A stretch of 51,401 bases of DNA from a virus (Duplodnaviria; Caudoviricetes). A program made the translations under genes and the position numbers. The DNA lies in IMG/VR virus record IMGVR_UViG_3300037439_000104, positions 1-51,401 of that record; one strand, written 5' to 3'. Position 1 is the first letter of the stretch. Every line of letters begins with the position of its first letter. The notes under the pieces were generated by a model, which saw only the letters and a program-made list of their open reading frames with translations, was not told the DNA's origin and made no database searches. Positions 8,018 to 17,573 of the stretch are shown here, in pieces.

Positions 8018-10101
8018 GCCCGCCCCCGCATCTTCGCCTCATCGAGCAGGCCGACGAGCCAGTCCAACGCCTGGCTGCGGTTGCCGTAGAAGCCGCCTCC
8101 AGCGTTGATCGTGTAGTGGTGGTTGTGGACCACGGCTTGGCCGCCGCCGGAGCCGCCGGGGACGACTTGGGCGCCGTACCACCGCGCCGCGCCGTTAAGG
8201 ATGTCCATCGACCGGCTGTAGTCGCCGTTACGGGGGACGAACGCCTCGCCACCGGTGCCCGGCTCGGCGATCATGTATCGGCCCGGATTGCGGGGCGTGT
8301 AGTACGCGGCCTCGTTGAGCAGCCCTTCCTGGGCCCGCTCGTAGATGCCGCCGTGCCGCTGGTTCTTCCGCAGGGCAGCGATCGTGCCGCTGACGTTGGC
8401 GTACCCCGTCAGCCGCATGGCGACGTGAACGTCCTTGCGGTTCGGAATGCTGGCAATCGCGGCTTTGACAGCCGCTGAACCGGACTCGGTGACGTTGGTC
8501 TTGACGTTCTTCGGCACCTTGAGCCACTGCGCGGCCAGTGCGTTGGCCTCGGTCTTCGTGTAGCCGGCGGCGATCGCCGCGTCGTACAACTGCTTCCGGT
8601 TCCGGCCATGAGCGGCGGCTGCCTGGTCGGCGGACACCCCAGTCTTGTCCATCGCCGTCGTGGTGGTGTTCAGCGACTGGGCCAGGCCGAGCAGCGTCTC
8701 CTGCTCCCGACTCGACACCTTCCGCTTGCCGTCAACCGCGTCGGCCGCTTCCTTCGTCGCCGACTTCAACCGCAGTTGGGCCTCGGCCAGGGCCAGGTTG
8801 TTGTCGACGATGCCACCGACCATGTCCGCGAGCGACGTGTACTCGAACTTGACCCGCTCCACCGCACTGGCGGTCCCGTCGGCGGCGGTCTTCACCCGGT
8901 CGAAGGCGCCCGGGACGGTGTCGCCCATGCTGCTGGCGGCACTGGACCCGTCGTTCATGGCGTCCTTCAGTTCGTGCAGCCGGTCCCGGTTGTCCTTGAT
9001 CTTTTCTCCGCCGGGGAGGAAGTCGAAGGTGAAGTTGTCCGCCGCGACCGAGTAGGCGGCAGCCGCGGTGAGAATCCCGCGGTACATGTCCGCGAGGACG
9101 ACAACGAACTCACCGCCAGCCCGGATCCCCTGCTCCAGCATCATCGAGAGGGCTGCTACCGCCGACGCGCCCTCGCCGGACTCATCGGAAATAAGGGTCA
9201 AGCTGTCGCCGATCGCGTCACCGATTCGACCCATCCCCGTCTCGATCTCACGGACGACGGGGCCGGCCACCGACACCAGGTCCTCGAAGCCGTCGATGAT
9301 TGGGCGAATGAAGTTGGCCGCACCACGACTCAAGGGCTCAACGAAGGTGGCAGCCTGGTCGAAAATGCTCTCCAGTTCGCTGCCGGCGTCGTGAATCTCG
9401 CGGCGCAGGATGCCGATCCCGCGCTGCGTTGCCGGGATCATCGCCAGGGCGCTGACCTCCAGGGTGCTACGGAAGACCTCGCCCAGCTCAGCAGCCGAGG
9501 CGGCGACCCGGGAGTCCCTGCTGACCACCGCGATTCCGCCGATGACGCCACCAGCACCGGCGCCGCCGATCACCGCACCGGCGAGCCCGGCGCCGACGAT
9601 CGGAGCGATCGTTGCCACGACCGCAGCGCCAACTACCAGCGCCGCGGGGTGCAACATCGTCTTGCCGGTCGCCTGGAAACTGGCCGCGAAACCTTGCGCG
9701 GTCGACACGCCGAGGGTGGCGCCGATCTCCATGCCCTGCGGCGCCACGTCCCCAGGGTCGATCAGCTTCCGTCCACGGGTCGCCTGCCGCAGCTCAGCCT
9801 GCTGAGCCTTGATCTGCTTGGCCAGGTCACCCCCAGCGTCGCCGGCCAGAGCCTGCTTGATGGCGAGCTCCTGAAGTGACCGGCTCAACTCGTCGATCTG
9901 CCGATCCAGCGCCCCGGCGGCACGGGCAGCCTCGGACATGCCCCCGGCCGCGTTGTCCATCGCCGTAGCAGTCTTGTCGCCCTGCCTCGCTGCGTCGGCC
10001 AGTTCTTCGCCGAGGTCCTTGGTACTGCGTTCCGCCTGGTCAGCGCCCTTAACGTAGTCGGCGACCTCCAGCGCCAACCCGACCTTCACCGTCCGCGCCA
10101 T
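8014..10101 (-). CDS. Tape measure protein
   Basis: 695 aa Ala/Gly-rich helical protein with a hydrophobic segment and C-terminal AEPGTGGEAFVP; follows the tail chaperones. Confidence 0.9.
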   Translation of the reverse strand: MARTVKVGLALEVADYVKGADQAERSTKDLGEELADAARQGDKTATAMDNAAGGMSEAARAAGALDRQIDELSRSLQELAIKQALAGDAGGDLAKQIKAQQAELRQATRGRKLIDPGDVAPQGMEIGATLGVSTAQGFAASFQATGKTMLHPAALVVGAAVVATIAPIVGAGLAGAVIGGAGAGGVIGGIAVVSRDSRVAASAAELGEVFRSTLEVSALAMIPATQRGIGILRREIHDAGSELESIFDQAATFVEPLSRGAANFIRPIIDGFEDLVSVAGPVVREIETGMGRIGDAIGDSLTLISDESGEGASAVAALSMMLEQGIRAGGEFVVVLADMYRGILTAAAAYSVAADNFTFDFLPGGEKIKDNRDRLHELKDAMNDGSSAASSMGDTVPGAFDRVKTAADGTASAVERVKFEYTSLADMVGGIVDNNLALAEAQLRLKSATKEAADAVDGKRKVSSREQETLLGLAQSLNTTTTAMDKTGVSADQAAAAHGRNRKQLYDAAIAAGYTKTEANALAAQWLKVPKNVKTNVTESGSAAVKAAIASIPNRKDVHVAMRLTGYANVSGTIAALRKNQRHGGIYERAQEGLLNEAAYYTPRNPGRYMIAEPGTGGEAFVPRNGDYSRSMDILNGAARWYGAQVVPGGSGGGQAVVHNHHYTINAGGGFYGNRSQALDWLVGLLDEAKMRGRA

Positions 10102-10498
10102 CAGTCACCTCCTCCCGCTCGACCGTCCACGACAGGGCATCGGGCCGCTCCCGCTTGCTGCCCTCCTGCGCCAGCAGCAGCCGATCCGCGCGGTAGCAGC
10201 GCCGCGGCGGCGGCACCCGCCACTGGCCGCGCGACTTCGGCCCGCACTCGTCTTTGAGGCCGCCGCAGGCTGGGCAGAGGCGGGTGTTGCGGTAGTAGGT
10301 GAGGGCGAGGATCAGCGCCCGGTCTCGGTCGGTCCACGCCGCTTCCTGCACCGACCGGACCAGTTGCCCATCGGCGTACTCGTAGGTGGTCGCCAGCGCC
10401 CGGCCGTCGAGGATGGATGGCGGCACCCCGAGCCGCTCGGCCGCCGTAACCGCCGCTAGGAGCTCGGGGTCGGCAGCGAGCTGGGCCGCGAGAAAGGG
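10049..10498 (-). CDS. Tail assembly chaperone -1 frameshift extension (gpGT-like)
   Basis: Slippery heptamer C CCT TTC (+ strand GAAAGGG 10492-10498); the -1 frame reads PFLAAQLAADPELL... open to 10049. Confidence 0.75.
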   Translation of the reverse strand, partial: PFLAAQLAADPELLAAVTAAERLGVPPSILDGRALATTYEYADGQLVRSVQEAAWTDRDRALILALTYYRNTRLCPACGGLKDECGPKSRGQWRVPPPRRCYRADRLLLAQEGSKRERPDALSWTVEREEVTDGADGEGRVGAGGRRLR

Positions 10499-11034
10499 AC
10501 GTCCACGTCCCGCCGGTTCAGCGTCCAGGCGGCCGACGACAGGGTCTGCCACTGGCCATCAGAGATCCGCTCGTCAAGGAGCATGTCGAGGTCAGCGGAC
10601 GGCAGCGACTCCACCGTGTCGCCTTCCTCAACTCCGACCACACAGGCGCGTAGCAAGGCGTCGAAGAACGTCTCAATGTTGACACCGACGGCCTGGTCAA
10701 CGTCGAGCACGTCGCCTGATTCGGTCTTCCGGGGCGGGTGTTCGTGCCGGAGTGCCCGGAACGCCGGACGCGACAGCGCCCGCAGCCGGACCGGCAGGAT
10801 GCTGTCCCGCATCTCGGCGGCCAGCGCGTCAATCCGCCCCCGTGCGGCCCGGGTCGGGTCCTCGGCTGCCAACCGACGTCCTCTGGCCCGGCCGGTCTCG
10901 GCGTCCTGTTCGGCCTGCTCCAGGTCCCGCTGCGCCTTCTCGTACGCGGCTTGGAGATTTCCATCGAGGCACAGCGGCACGGTGGCCATCGGCAGGGTGT
11001 CGCCCCGCCTGATCAGGTCGGTTGCCTTGCTCAT
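10456..11034 (-). CDS. Tail assembly chaperone (gpG-like)
   Basis: Between major tail and tape measure; ends just after the slippery site. Confidence 0.8.
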   Translation of the reverse strand: MSKATDLIRRGDTLPMATVPLCLDGNLQAAYEKAQRDLEQAEQDAETGRARGRRLAAEDPTRAARGRIDALAAEMRDSILPVRLRALSRPAFRALRHEHPPRKTESGDVLDVDQAVGVNIETFFDALLRACVVGVEEGDTVESLPSADLDMLLDERISDGQWQTLSSAAWTLNRRDVDVPFSRPSSLPTPSS

Positions 11035-11064
11035 GTCCGGTCCTTCGCCCGGCCCAAAGTAGGG

Positions 11065-11100
11065 CGAGAGGACGGCCCGGACCGGTGGGCCGTCCTCTCG
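11065..11100 (-). terminator. Stem-loop after the major tail gene
   Basis: CGAGAGGACGGCCC / GGGCCGTCCTCTCG 14-bp perfect stem. Confidence 0.65.
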
Positions 11101-11110
11101 GTCAGGGGTG

Positions 11111-11593
11111 CTACGCGGCGACGAGCGCCCGCAGCTCCGGCTGGTCGATGATCTTCACCGGGACCTCGTACCGCTCTTCGGTGTCCGCCTCCGGGTCCAG
11201 CCAGGCGACTTCGCCGCAGCGGGCCGGCCACACCTGGGGCTTCTGGCCGGCCGCCCACGCATCGGAGGCGAGCAGCGATCGGCGGATGACCACGAACCCG
11301 GACAGCCGGTAGATCAGGGTGTCGTAGATCGTGTCGACGCCGTCCTGCTTGTACAGGCGGAGCAGGGTGTCCTCGGCCGTCACGCTGCCCACGTCAACGG
11401 TGTTGAACGTCGAGTCGAGTTTCCGGTTCGGCACGTTGTTCGTGCCGGGGCGGAACCCGGACAGTCCGTCGTCGGTCATGAAGCTGTGCAGCAGCATTCC
11501 TGCGTTCAGTTCGGCCACCGTCGGGGCGGCCTTGTTGGCGATGCTGCTCACCCAGGCAACCCGGGTTCGGCCATCGCTGATGATGTCGGCCAT
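11111..11593 (-). CDS. Major tail (tube) protein
   Basis: DGRTRVAWVSSIANKAAPTVAELNAG motif typical of actinophage tail tube proteins; synteny. Confidence 0.8.
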   Translation of the reverse strand: MADIISDGRTRVAWVSSIANKAAPTVAELNAGMLLHSFMTDDGLSGFRPGTNNVPNRKLDSTFNTVDVGSVTAEDTLLRLYKQDGVDTIYDTLIYRLSGFVVIRRSLLASDAWAAGQKPQVWPARCGEVAWLDPEADTEERYEVPVKIIDQPELRALVAA

Positions 11594-11596
11594 GGC

Positions 11597-11926
11597 CTAC
11601 GACTCCCTCTTCGTCTGGCGGCCGGTGGCCGTCCTGGTGATCTCAGGCGCGGCCTCAGCGGGCTGATCGGTCAGCCGGGGGTCCTTGGTTAGGTCGATCG
11701 GCTCCGTTGGGGCACCCGGCTTCCAGCCCAGCGCCATCCACTGTTCGACAACGCCGGCCGGGAACTGTGCCTGCCCGCCGCTGGCCTCGTGGTGCAGCCA
11801 GACCATCGTCTTGTGGGTCGGCTCATTCGTGGCCGGCTGCCAGCCGCGTACCCGCCACGGATCTACGGCGTCCTGTTCGATCAGCGCGTACGAGCCGTCG
11901 GTGGGGTTGGTCATCCATGCGCCCAT
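11597..11926 (-). CDS. Hypothetical virion-cluster protein
   Basis: 109 aa tightly packed ORF with an internal WxxxGW repeat. Confidence 0.6.
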   Translation of the reverse strand: MGAWMTNPTDGSYALIEQDAVDPWRVRGWQPATNEPTHKTMVWLHHEASGGQAQFPAGVVEQWMALGWKPGAPTEPIDLTKDPRLTDQPAEAAPEITRTATGRQTKRES

Positions 11927-11927
11927 G

Positions 11928-12284
11928 TCAGTACCTCTCGACTCGGACTGTGAAACTGGCGTGCGTGGTCGAGGCGCCGATCTTCACCGCGCCGGTCGCC
12001 GGGTCCACGCTGGCCGAGCCGACCCAGACCTTCCGACTCTGACCGGTCGGCACCACGTACGTGGCATAGCCAGTTGCGACCGGATTGCCCGCCGGGGTTC
12101 GACCTGGGTCACCAACCCGCAGGTCGAGGCTGCCGCCGGAGGCGTTGGCCACCTCGACGACCACGCCGCGAGCACCGACGTCCGAGCCGGCGATCGTGTC
12201 GCCACCGGTCCACGCGGTGAGCTGGGTTGGGGCCGCCGGTGTGACGCCGGCCGCCGTGACGGTCTGGACGGTGAGCAGCGCCAT
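11928..12284 (-). CDS. Hypothetical structural protein
   Basis: 118 aa beta-rich ORF; AAGGGG RBS. Confidence 0.6.
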   Translation of the reverse strand: MALLTVQTVTAAGVTPAAPTQLTAWTGGDTIAGSDVGARGVVVEVANASGGSLDLRVGDPGRTPAGNPVATGYATYVVPTGQSRKVWVGSASVDPATGAVKIGASTTHASFTVRVERY

Positions 12285-12317
12285 GCCGGCGGCCCCTTCC
12301 TCGTACGTTGATGCAGG

Positions 12318-12731
12318 TCAGGCCGGGATACTCGACAGCCTGTAAATGTCCACCTTGTCCATCACCAGGCGACCCGTCGTCTCATCGCGCTGAGCAGGCT
12401 GGCCGTCGGTGCGGCGGATCGGAAAGCAGGACCGGCCGGGAATCGTTGGGATCACGCCGAGCAGTGCGCCACGCACCCGGTCGGCGACCATGCGGGCCGC
12501 CGTGCCGTTGCTGCCCACGCTGTGGCAGTACGCGTCGGTGACGTGCCGGCGGGCCTGGTGCGTCAGGTGGGTAGATGGCGAGTCGATCGGATCAGCGTCG
12601 GCGAAGTACACGACGACGTACGGCGGCGCGGTGAGCTGCGGAACCGCACCGTCGTACACCACCAGCGGCGGCGGGTCATCCACCGCGTTGAGCAGGGTCA
12701 GGAACGCGGCGGCGTGCGCTGCATCGGTCAC
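12318..12731 (-). CDS. Tail terminator/completion protein
   Basis: VYDGAVP...PPYVVV motif; GTGA overlap at 12728-12731. Confidence 0.7.
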   Translation of the reverse strand: MTDAAHAAAFLTLLNAVDDPPPLVVYDGAVPQLTAPPYVVVYFADADPIDSPSTHLTHQARRHVTDAYCHSVGSNGTAARMVADRVRGALLGVIPTIPGRSCFPIRRTDGQPAQRDETTGRLVMDKVDIYRLSSIPA

Positions 12732-13120
12732 AGCGCCTCCAGCACGTCCACGCCCAACTGCTCGACGTATCGCTCGAACTTCGGTGCCTCGGCGTCCAGC
12801 TCCGGCGCCAGACCCGGGCGGGGCGCTGACGTCGGTGATCCATATTCGGGGATCCACGCGAGTTTGCCCTGAAGGCGGGACCGGTCAGCACCGATCTCCG
12901 CCGAGATGACCGAACCGGAGCGAGTCACGTCGTAAGTAACCGCGGCGGGAAGGTGCGGCAGGTGCGCCAAGCCGCGCCAACGGCGCTGGGTACCCCTCTT
13001 GATGTTGAGCGCACCCTGCCCGACGACCTTCTTGGCCTCGCGTATCGTCTCGTCAGGCAGCTCGCCGAGCGCGGCCTGGAGCGCCGCGAGGCCCGTTGCT
13101 CGCACTGTCACCCGGCTCAT
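12728..13120 (-). CDS. HK97 gp10-like neck protein
   Basis: PEYGSPTSAPRPGLAP motif; synteny. Confidence 0.7.
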   Translation of the reverse strand: MSRVTVRATGLAALQAALGELPDETIREAKKVVGQGALNIKRGTQRRWRGLAHLPHLPAAVTYDVTRSGSVISAEIGADRSRLQGKLAWIPEYGSPTSAPRPGLAPELDAEAPKFERYVEQLGVDVLEAL

Positions 13121-13515
13121 GACGTCCGCTCCACCACTCCGACCCGCCGGGCGGTCGCATGCGACTTGTGGGCCAGGTCTTTGACCAGGAACACCCGGCC
13201 GGGCAGATCCGGGTCGTGGGCCGAGGTGTCGATGGTGATCTCATCCTCGGTCCGCAGGCCGACCACGCTCGTCGGTAGCTGCACCTCCAGCCGGAGCATC
13301 AGGGCGTAGTCCTCGCCCGCGTCCTGCGGCGACGCCGACGGCATCTGCTGCTGCACCCGGCATGGGCCGGTGTACAGCACGTCGTAGGTCGGGGTCACCA
13401 CTCCGCCCGGCCCTGTCGTGTCGCCGGTGACTCGCCGGATCGTGCAGGTCTCAGCCTCCGCCCGCAGCTCGGCGGCGAACGCCCGGCCCCGGGCCAACAC
13501 CTCGGCCGCCGACAT
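13117..13515 (-). CDS. Head-tail joining (head closure) protein
   Basis: CTIRRVTG...LYTGPCRVQ motif; TGATG coupling. Confidence 0.7.
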   Translation of the reverse strand: MSAAEVLARGRAFAAELRAEAETCTIRRVTGDTTGPGGVVTPTYDVLYTGPCRVQQQMPSASPQDAGEDYALMLRLEVQLPTSVVGLRTEDEITIDTSAHDPDLPGRVFLVKDLAHKSHATARRVGVVERTS

Positions 13516-13937
13516 CAACACCACCTCGACCGGCGGTACAGCACCGGTACACACGGCGGCGTCGGTGCGGCCGGCCGGATCGTGAACGCCCCGGTCGGCT
13601 CCAGGCCGAACATGCGGCGAATCCGGTCGATCTCGCCATCGGTCAATTCGGCCGGGCCCAGGGACTCCACCGCGAAGGTATCCGTCTCGGTGTAGTCGTC
13701 GATCTGCCGGGACGTCGACCGCCGCCCGCCCGGGTGGTCAATCATCCGGCGGGCCAGGGAGAGCGCGATTCCCTTGAGCGCCGACACATCGGCCAGTGCG
13801 TCGTACTTGGCCGCGCCGACCTCGCCTCGGATCTCGGCGGTGACCAGGGCCAGCACCAGATCGGCGGTCGCCGTTTCCACCGTCACCGGTGGCGGGTACG
13901 CCTCCAACTCAGTCTTGGCGAACAGGGCGGGAGCCAC
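13515..13937 (-). CDS. Head-tail adaptor
   Basis: RMIDHPGG..S.QIDDYT...ELTDGE...GAFTIRP motif. Confidence 0.75.
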   Translation of the reverse strand: MAPALFAKTELEAYPPPVTVETATADLVLALVTAEIRGEVGAAKYDALADVSALKGIALSLARRMIDHPGGRRSTSRQIDDYTETDTFAVESLGPAELTDGEIDRIRRMFGLEPTGAFTIRPAAPTPPCVPVLYRRSRWC

Positions 13938-14004
13938 GTCGACCTCCGAGAGGGTTGATCCGGCCGGGCAGCCGGGGAGTTGTGGCCACCCGGCCGGAGG
14001 CTTG

Positions 14005-14421
14005 CTACTCGGTGGGTACGCCGGCCGAGGTCAGCGTGTCGATGCAGTCCTCGCGGGACGCGTCGTCGGCCACCTCGACCTGATGCTTCCGGCAGTACTC
14101 CCGCCACGCGGGTGCTCCAGAGCCGGGCCCACCCTTCGGCGGGGGACCGTCGCCGGACGGCTCGGCGGGCTTGGCCGGAGCCGCGTCCGCCGAGCTTTCG
14201 TTGAGCGCCTCCAGTTCGGCGAGTTGGGCCCGCAGTCGGCGAGCCTTCTCGGTCCGTTCCCGCGATTCGTCGTACGGGTACGGGACCTTGCCGTCGACCC
14301 ACGCCTTCGGGTTGAAGATCTTCCGAGCGGCCCACTCCGGCAGATCGTCGCCAGGGCCGAAGACGTGCATCGCCTCGTGCTCGTCCGCCACGTGCACGTA
14401 CGTGGCCAGCTTCCCGGTCAC
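14005..14421 (-). CDS. Capsid-associated hypothetical protein
   Basis: FGPGDDLPEWAARKIFNP; C-terminal WREY..ASREDCI; GTGA overlap with capsid. Confidence 0.65.
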   Translation of the reverse strand: MTGKLATYVHVADEHEAMHVFGPGDDLPEWAARKIFNPKAWVDGKVPYPYDESRERTEKARRLRAQLAELEALNESSADAAPAKPAEPSGDGPPPKGGPGSGAPAWREYCRKHQVEVADDASREDCIDTLTSAGVPTE

Positions 14422-15458
14422 GGCGCCACGTCCGCGACGAAGCTCAGGTCCGGGTTCGCCAGGACCGGCAGACCGATACCGGCCGCCTTCGTCCAGATCG
14501 CGATCGGGTCCTCGGTCAAGTAGGCGCCGGCCACGATCCCCGGCCGCTCGCCCTCCTCCAGGCCGTACCGGGGGTCGAGGGACTCGGCGGTGGTGCCCCA
14601 CAGCGCCGCGCCCAGTTCGGTGCCGTCGAAGCTGTCCGGGTCGACCGGTGCCGGCAGGTACAGGAACTTGTCGACCGGGATCGGACGTGTCGGCGACCCG
14701 GCGACGTTGATCTGCTCGTCGACGATGTACCAGGGCGGCAGGCCGTGGTCGTCGAGGATGCCCCGGAGCTGCGCCTGCGACACCCGCGACGGGGAGCCGA
14801 GCGTCGAGCCAACCAGGTTGCGGACCTCGGCGTTACGCAGCAGGTACGTCAGCACCGTGTCCGAGAAGACCATCGCGCCCGGCGGCACACCGTTCGTGGT
14901 CCGGTACGTCGACCGCCACGACAGCATGTCCGCCAGCGGCGTCGCCGTCGCGATCGTCGACCACGGGGTACCCGCGGACACCGTATGCGAGCCGGACCGG
15001 CCGTAGCTGACGGTCGCGATCACGCCGTTTTCGTTGATGGTGACGGACCCGTTGACCAGGGCGTCACCCCGGGCCAGTTCCATCCGGGCCGACACGGCGC
15101 GGGTCATCCGCTCGGCGTCGGTGAGGATGTTGCTGCGGATCGCGTCCGCTCCGGCAGACCGCTGGCGGAGCCGGTCGTACTCGCCGAGCCGGATCTTCCG
15201 GCTGATCGGCGGGAGCTCACCGGACACACGGGTCAGGCCGGGCCGGCTGCCGATCGGGGACTCGGCGTCAAAGGCCCGGAACGTTGCGGCCTCGATCAGG
15301 CCCTCGCCGCCTCGGGTGAACCGGTACTCCAGGTCGTCGATGGGCCGGTTCGGCAGCCACGCGGCGAGCTGGAACTGGTTCTCGGGCAGGTTCAGTTGCG
15401 CTTCCCGGACGTAGCCGGTCAGCTCGACGGGCTCGATGTAATCGGCGTTGAGCAGCAT
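14418..15458 (-). CDS. Major capsid protein (lambda gpE-like family)
   Basis: 346 aa; RAFDAESPIG, ELPPISRK, DPIAIWTKAAGIGLPVL motifs; follows the decoration protein. Confidence 0.85.
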   Translation of the reverse strand: MLLNADYIEPVELTGYVREAQLNLPENQFQLAAWLPNRPIDDLEYRFTRGGEGLIEAATFRAFDAESPIGSRPGLTRVSGELPPISRKIRLGEYDRLRQRSAGADAIRSNILTDAERMTRAVSARMELARGDALVNGSVTINENGVIATVSYGRSGSHTVSAGTPWSTIATATPLADMLSWRSTYRTTNGVPPGAMVFSDTVLTYLLRNAEVRNLVGSTLGSPSRVSQAQLRGILDDHGLPPWYIVDEQINVAGSPTRPIPVDKFLYLPAPVDPDSFDGTELGAALWGTTAESLDPRYGLEEGERPGIVAGAYLTEDPIAIWTKAAGIGLPVLANPDLSFVADVAP

Positions 15459-15474
15459 GGTCGACTACCTCCTC

Positions 15475-15864
15475 TCACACGAACCGGACGCGGCCGGCGA
15501 CGTCGACCTTGCCGGCGGAATCCACGGCGATCGGCAGGCGGGCCTCGACGACCTTGCCGTGCCAGAACAAGGCGCCCTGCGGGTCCTGGGTGTTGTCGCT
15601 GGGCGCGTCGACCGTGCACAGCAGAAAGCCGACCAGGGTCTCGGTACCGTCGGACAGGGCGTTGTTGTACGGGCCGTACTTGCCCGAGGCGGTGATCTTC
15701 CCGAGCGGCAGGCCGGACGGAAAGTAGCCGTTGGGATAGTGGGTGCCCGCGGTGAATGCGCTGGTGTCGAGCGTGATCGAGTCGCCCGAACTGGTGCCGT
15801 GGGCTGACCCCAGCCACCGCTGGTCCTCGTTCTGGAAGGTTTCGGTTACGGGGTTGAGGTTCAT
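15475..15864 (-). CDS. Head decoration protein
   Basis: PSGLPLGKITASGKYGPY...LVGFL motif between scaffold and capsid. Confidence 0.8.
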   Translation of the reverse strand: MNLNPVTETFQNEDQRWLGSAHGTSSGDSITLDTSAFTAGTHYPNGYFPSGLPLGKITASGKYGPYNNALSDGTETLVGFLLCTVDAPSDNTQDPQGALFWHGKVVEARLPIAVDSAGKVDVAGRVRFV

Positions 15865-15876
15865 GCCCTCGCACTC

Positions 15877-16467
15877 CTACGTAGTGGTGGTCTTCGGTTT
15901 GTGTCGCTCCGCGTACAGCGACCGGCCCGCGTCCAAGGACGACGTCCGCTCACCCGGGCGCGGGCCCTGCGCCGGATCCGGCCGGGGGCCGTTCCTGCGG
16001 GGTTCCTCGACAGGTGGCGTCGGAAGTCCCGCCAGCAGTTCATCCGCGTCGGCCGCCAACTCCTCCTTGGTCGCCCCAACCAGCCGCTTCGCCAGCACCG
16101 GGGTCAGGCCCTTCTCGGACTTGTCGGCCAGCACCTCGGCTCGCCACCGCTCCAGTCGCTCATCGGCGAGTGCCTGCTCCTGTGTGGCGAACCGCTCGTT
16201 GAGCTGCTCCAACTCGGTCCTCCCGTCGGCGGGCTTACCGCCGCCGAGCGCTGCCAGCAGAGGGCGCAGCGGAGCGAACTCCTGCTCCAGCCGTTTCCGG
16301 GCCTCCCGTTCCTCCTGCAACGCCCGAAGGCCCGCAGGCCCGAGCGGCTCGTTCCCCGGATCCGGTGGCGGAGTTGGGGTGGGTGCCGGGTCGCCCGGCG
16401 GGTTCGGCTGCGGTGTGGGTGGCGCCGGATCGCCCGGCGTCGGTACAGGTGGGGCAGGCTGAGTCAT
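15877..16467 (-). CDS. Scaffolding protein
   Basis: Pro-rich N-terminus, LGPAGLRALQEER, RLVGATKEELAADADEL, PRPDPAQG. Confidence 0.85.
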   Translation of the reverse strand: MTQPAPPVPTPGDPAPPTPQPNPPGDPAPTPTPPPDPGNEPLGPAGLRALQEEREARKRLEQEFAPLRPLLAALGGGKPADGRTELEQLNERFATQEQALADERLERWRAEVLADKSEKGLTPVLAKRLVGATKEELAADADELLAGLPTPPVEEPRRNGPRPDPAQGPRPGERTSSLDAGRSLYAERHKPKTTTT

Positions 16468-16508
16468 CGCAACTCTTCCGTGGGTGTGGTGACCGGCATC
16501 GCGCCTGG

Positions 16509-17573
16509 TCAGGTGATGTACCCGAACCGCCGTAGCAGGCGGACGGCTTCCTCTCGATCGCCGTTCGCGATCTCCAGAATCGATTCCGGCATGAGCCGGG
16601 GCGGGCGGGCCGAGCGGTACCGGTCACCGGCCCGGCGTACCCCGGTCTCCCGGGCGCCGAGCCGCACACCGGCCCGGCCGCGCACCGTCACGCCGTCCGT
16701 GGTGACGTACAACTGCCGGCCGAAGACGTCGGTGCGCTCCAGGTGTCCACGGGTTCGGCCGCCGCGCAAAGTCCGTGCCTCCTCGACCGTCAGTCGGGCA
16801 CTGGCCGGAGTCAGCCCGAGCGCGCCGCGGCGGGCGCTGACTACCTGGCTGATGTCGGCGCCGAGCCGGATGCTCTCCGCGCCCGCCCGGGTGAACGCCT
16901 TGTCCTGTTCCGCCTCGGTCAGGCTGCGAAAGTAGGCCATCGGGTCGGTGCGGATGTCGTCGGCGGTGTCCTCACCTGCGGGAACGTGCACGCAGTTGCA
17001 CATCGGATGGCGGTCGAATCCCTTGTTCCACTCGTACCTGCGGCCAGCCAGCACCACGCACCGAGAGCAGGACCCGCCGACCAGCATCCGTACATAGCCG
17101 CGCGCCGCCGGACGGACAGTCAGCGCGACCTGGTCGGCTACCCGACCAGCATCCGCCACCTGCGTACCGACGATCATCTCCAGCGTCGCGTACCCACTGG
17201 CCAGGGCATCGTCCACCTCAGTGCCCGACTGGATAGCCGCCAGGGTGGTAACCGCCGGGCGATACAGCAGCGAGGCGAGATCACGCCCGTCGGAGGCGAT
17301 CCCGGACAACGACGACACGTTCAGCCGTCCCTCGCGGCCGGGTGAGATGCCCTGCTCAACCAGCACCGCGTCGAGGTACCCGTCCGCACCCCGCGCGGCG
17401 GCAACCTGGGTCGCGCTGGTCATCGTCACCAGCTCGGGCAATTGGCCAGTCCACGACTCGGCGATTCGGGCCGGATCCACCGCCCGCCACAGCCGGCGGG
17501 CGATCGAAGCGAGCGCCCCGATCAGGGCGCCCCGGGCTGAGTAGTGCAGCCGGGCGACCTGCTCAGCCGACAC
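16509..17573 (-). CDS. MuF-like minor head/maturation protein
   Basis: YVRML..SCSRCVVLAG...FDRHPMCNC motif after portal; GTG 17573. Confidence 0.8.
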   Translation of the reverse strand: MSAEQVARLHYSARGALIGALASIARRLWRAVDPARIAESWTGQLPELVTMTSATQVAAARGADGYLDAVLVEQGISPGREGRLNVSSLSGIASDGRDLASLLYRPAVTTLAAIQSGTEVDDALASGYATLEMIVGTQVADAGRVADQVALTVRPAARGYVRMLVGGSCSRCVVLAGRRYEWNKGFDRHPMCNCVHVPAGEDTADDIRTDPMAYFRSLTEAEQDKAFTRAGAESIRLGADISQVVSARRGALGLTPASARLTVEEARTLRGGRTRGHLERTDVFGRQLYVTTDGVTVRGRAGVRLGARETGVRRAGDRYRSARPPRLMPESILEIANGDREEAVRLLRRFGYIT

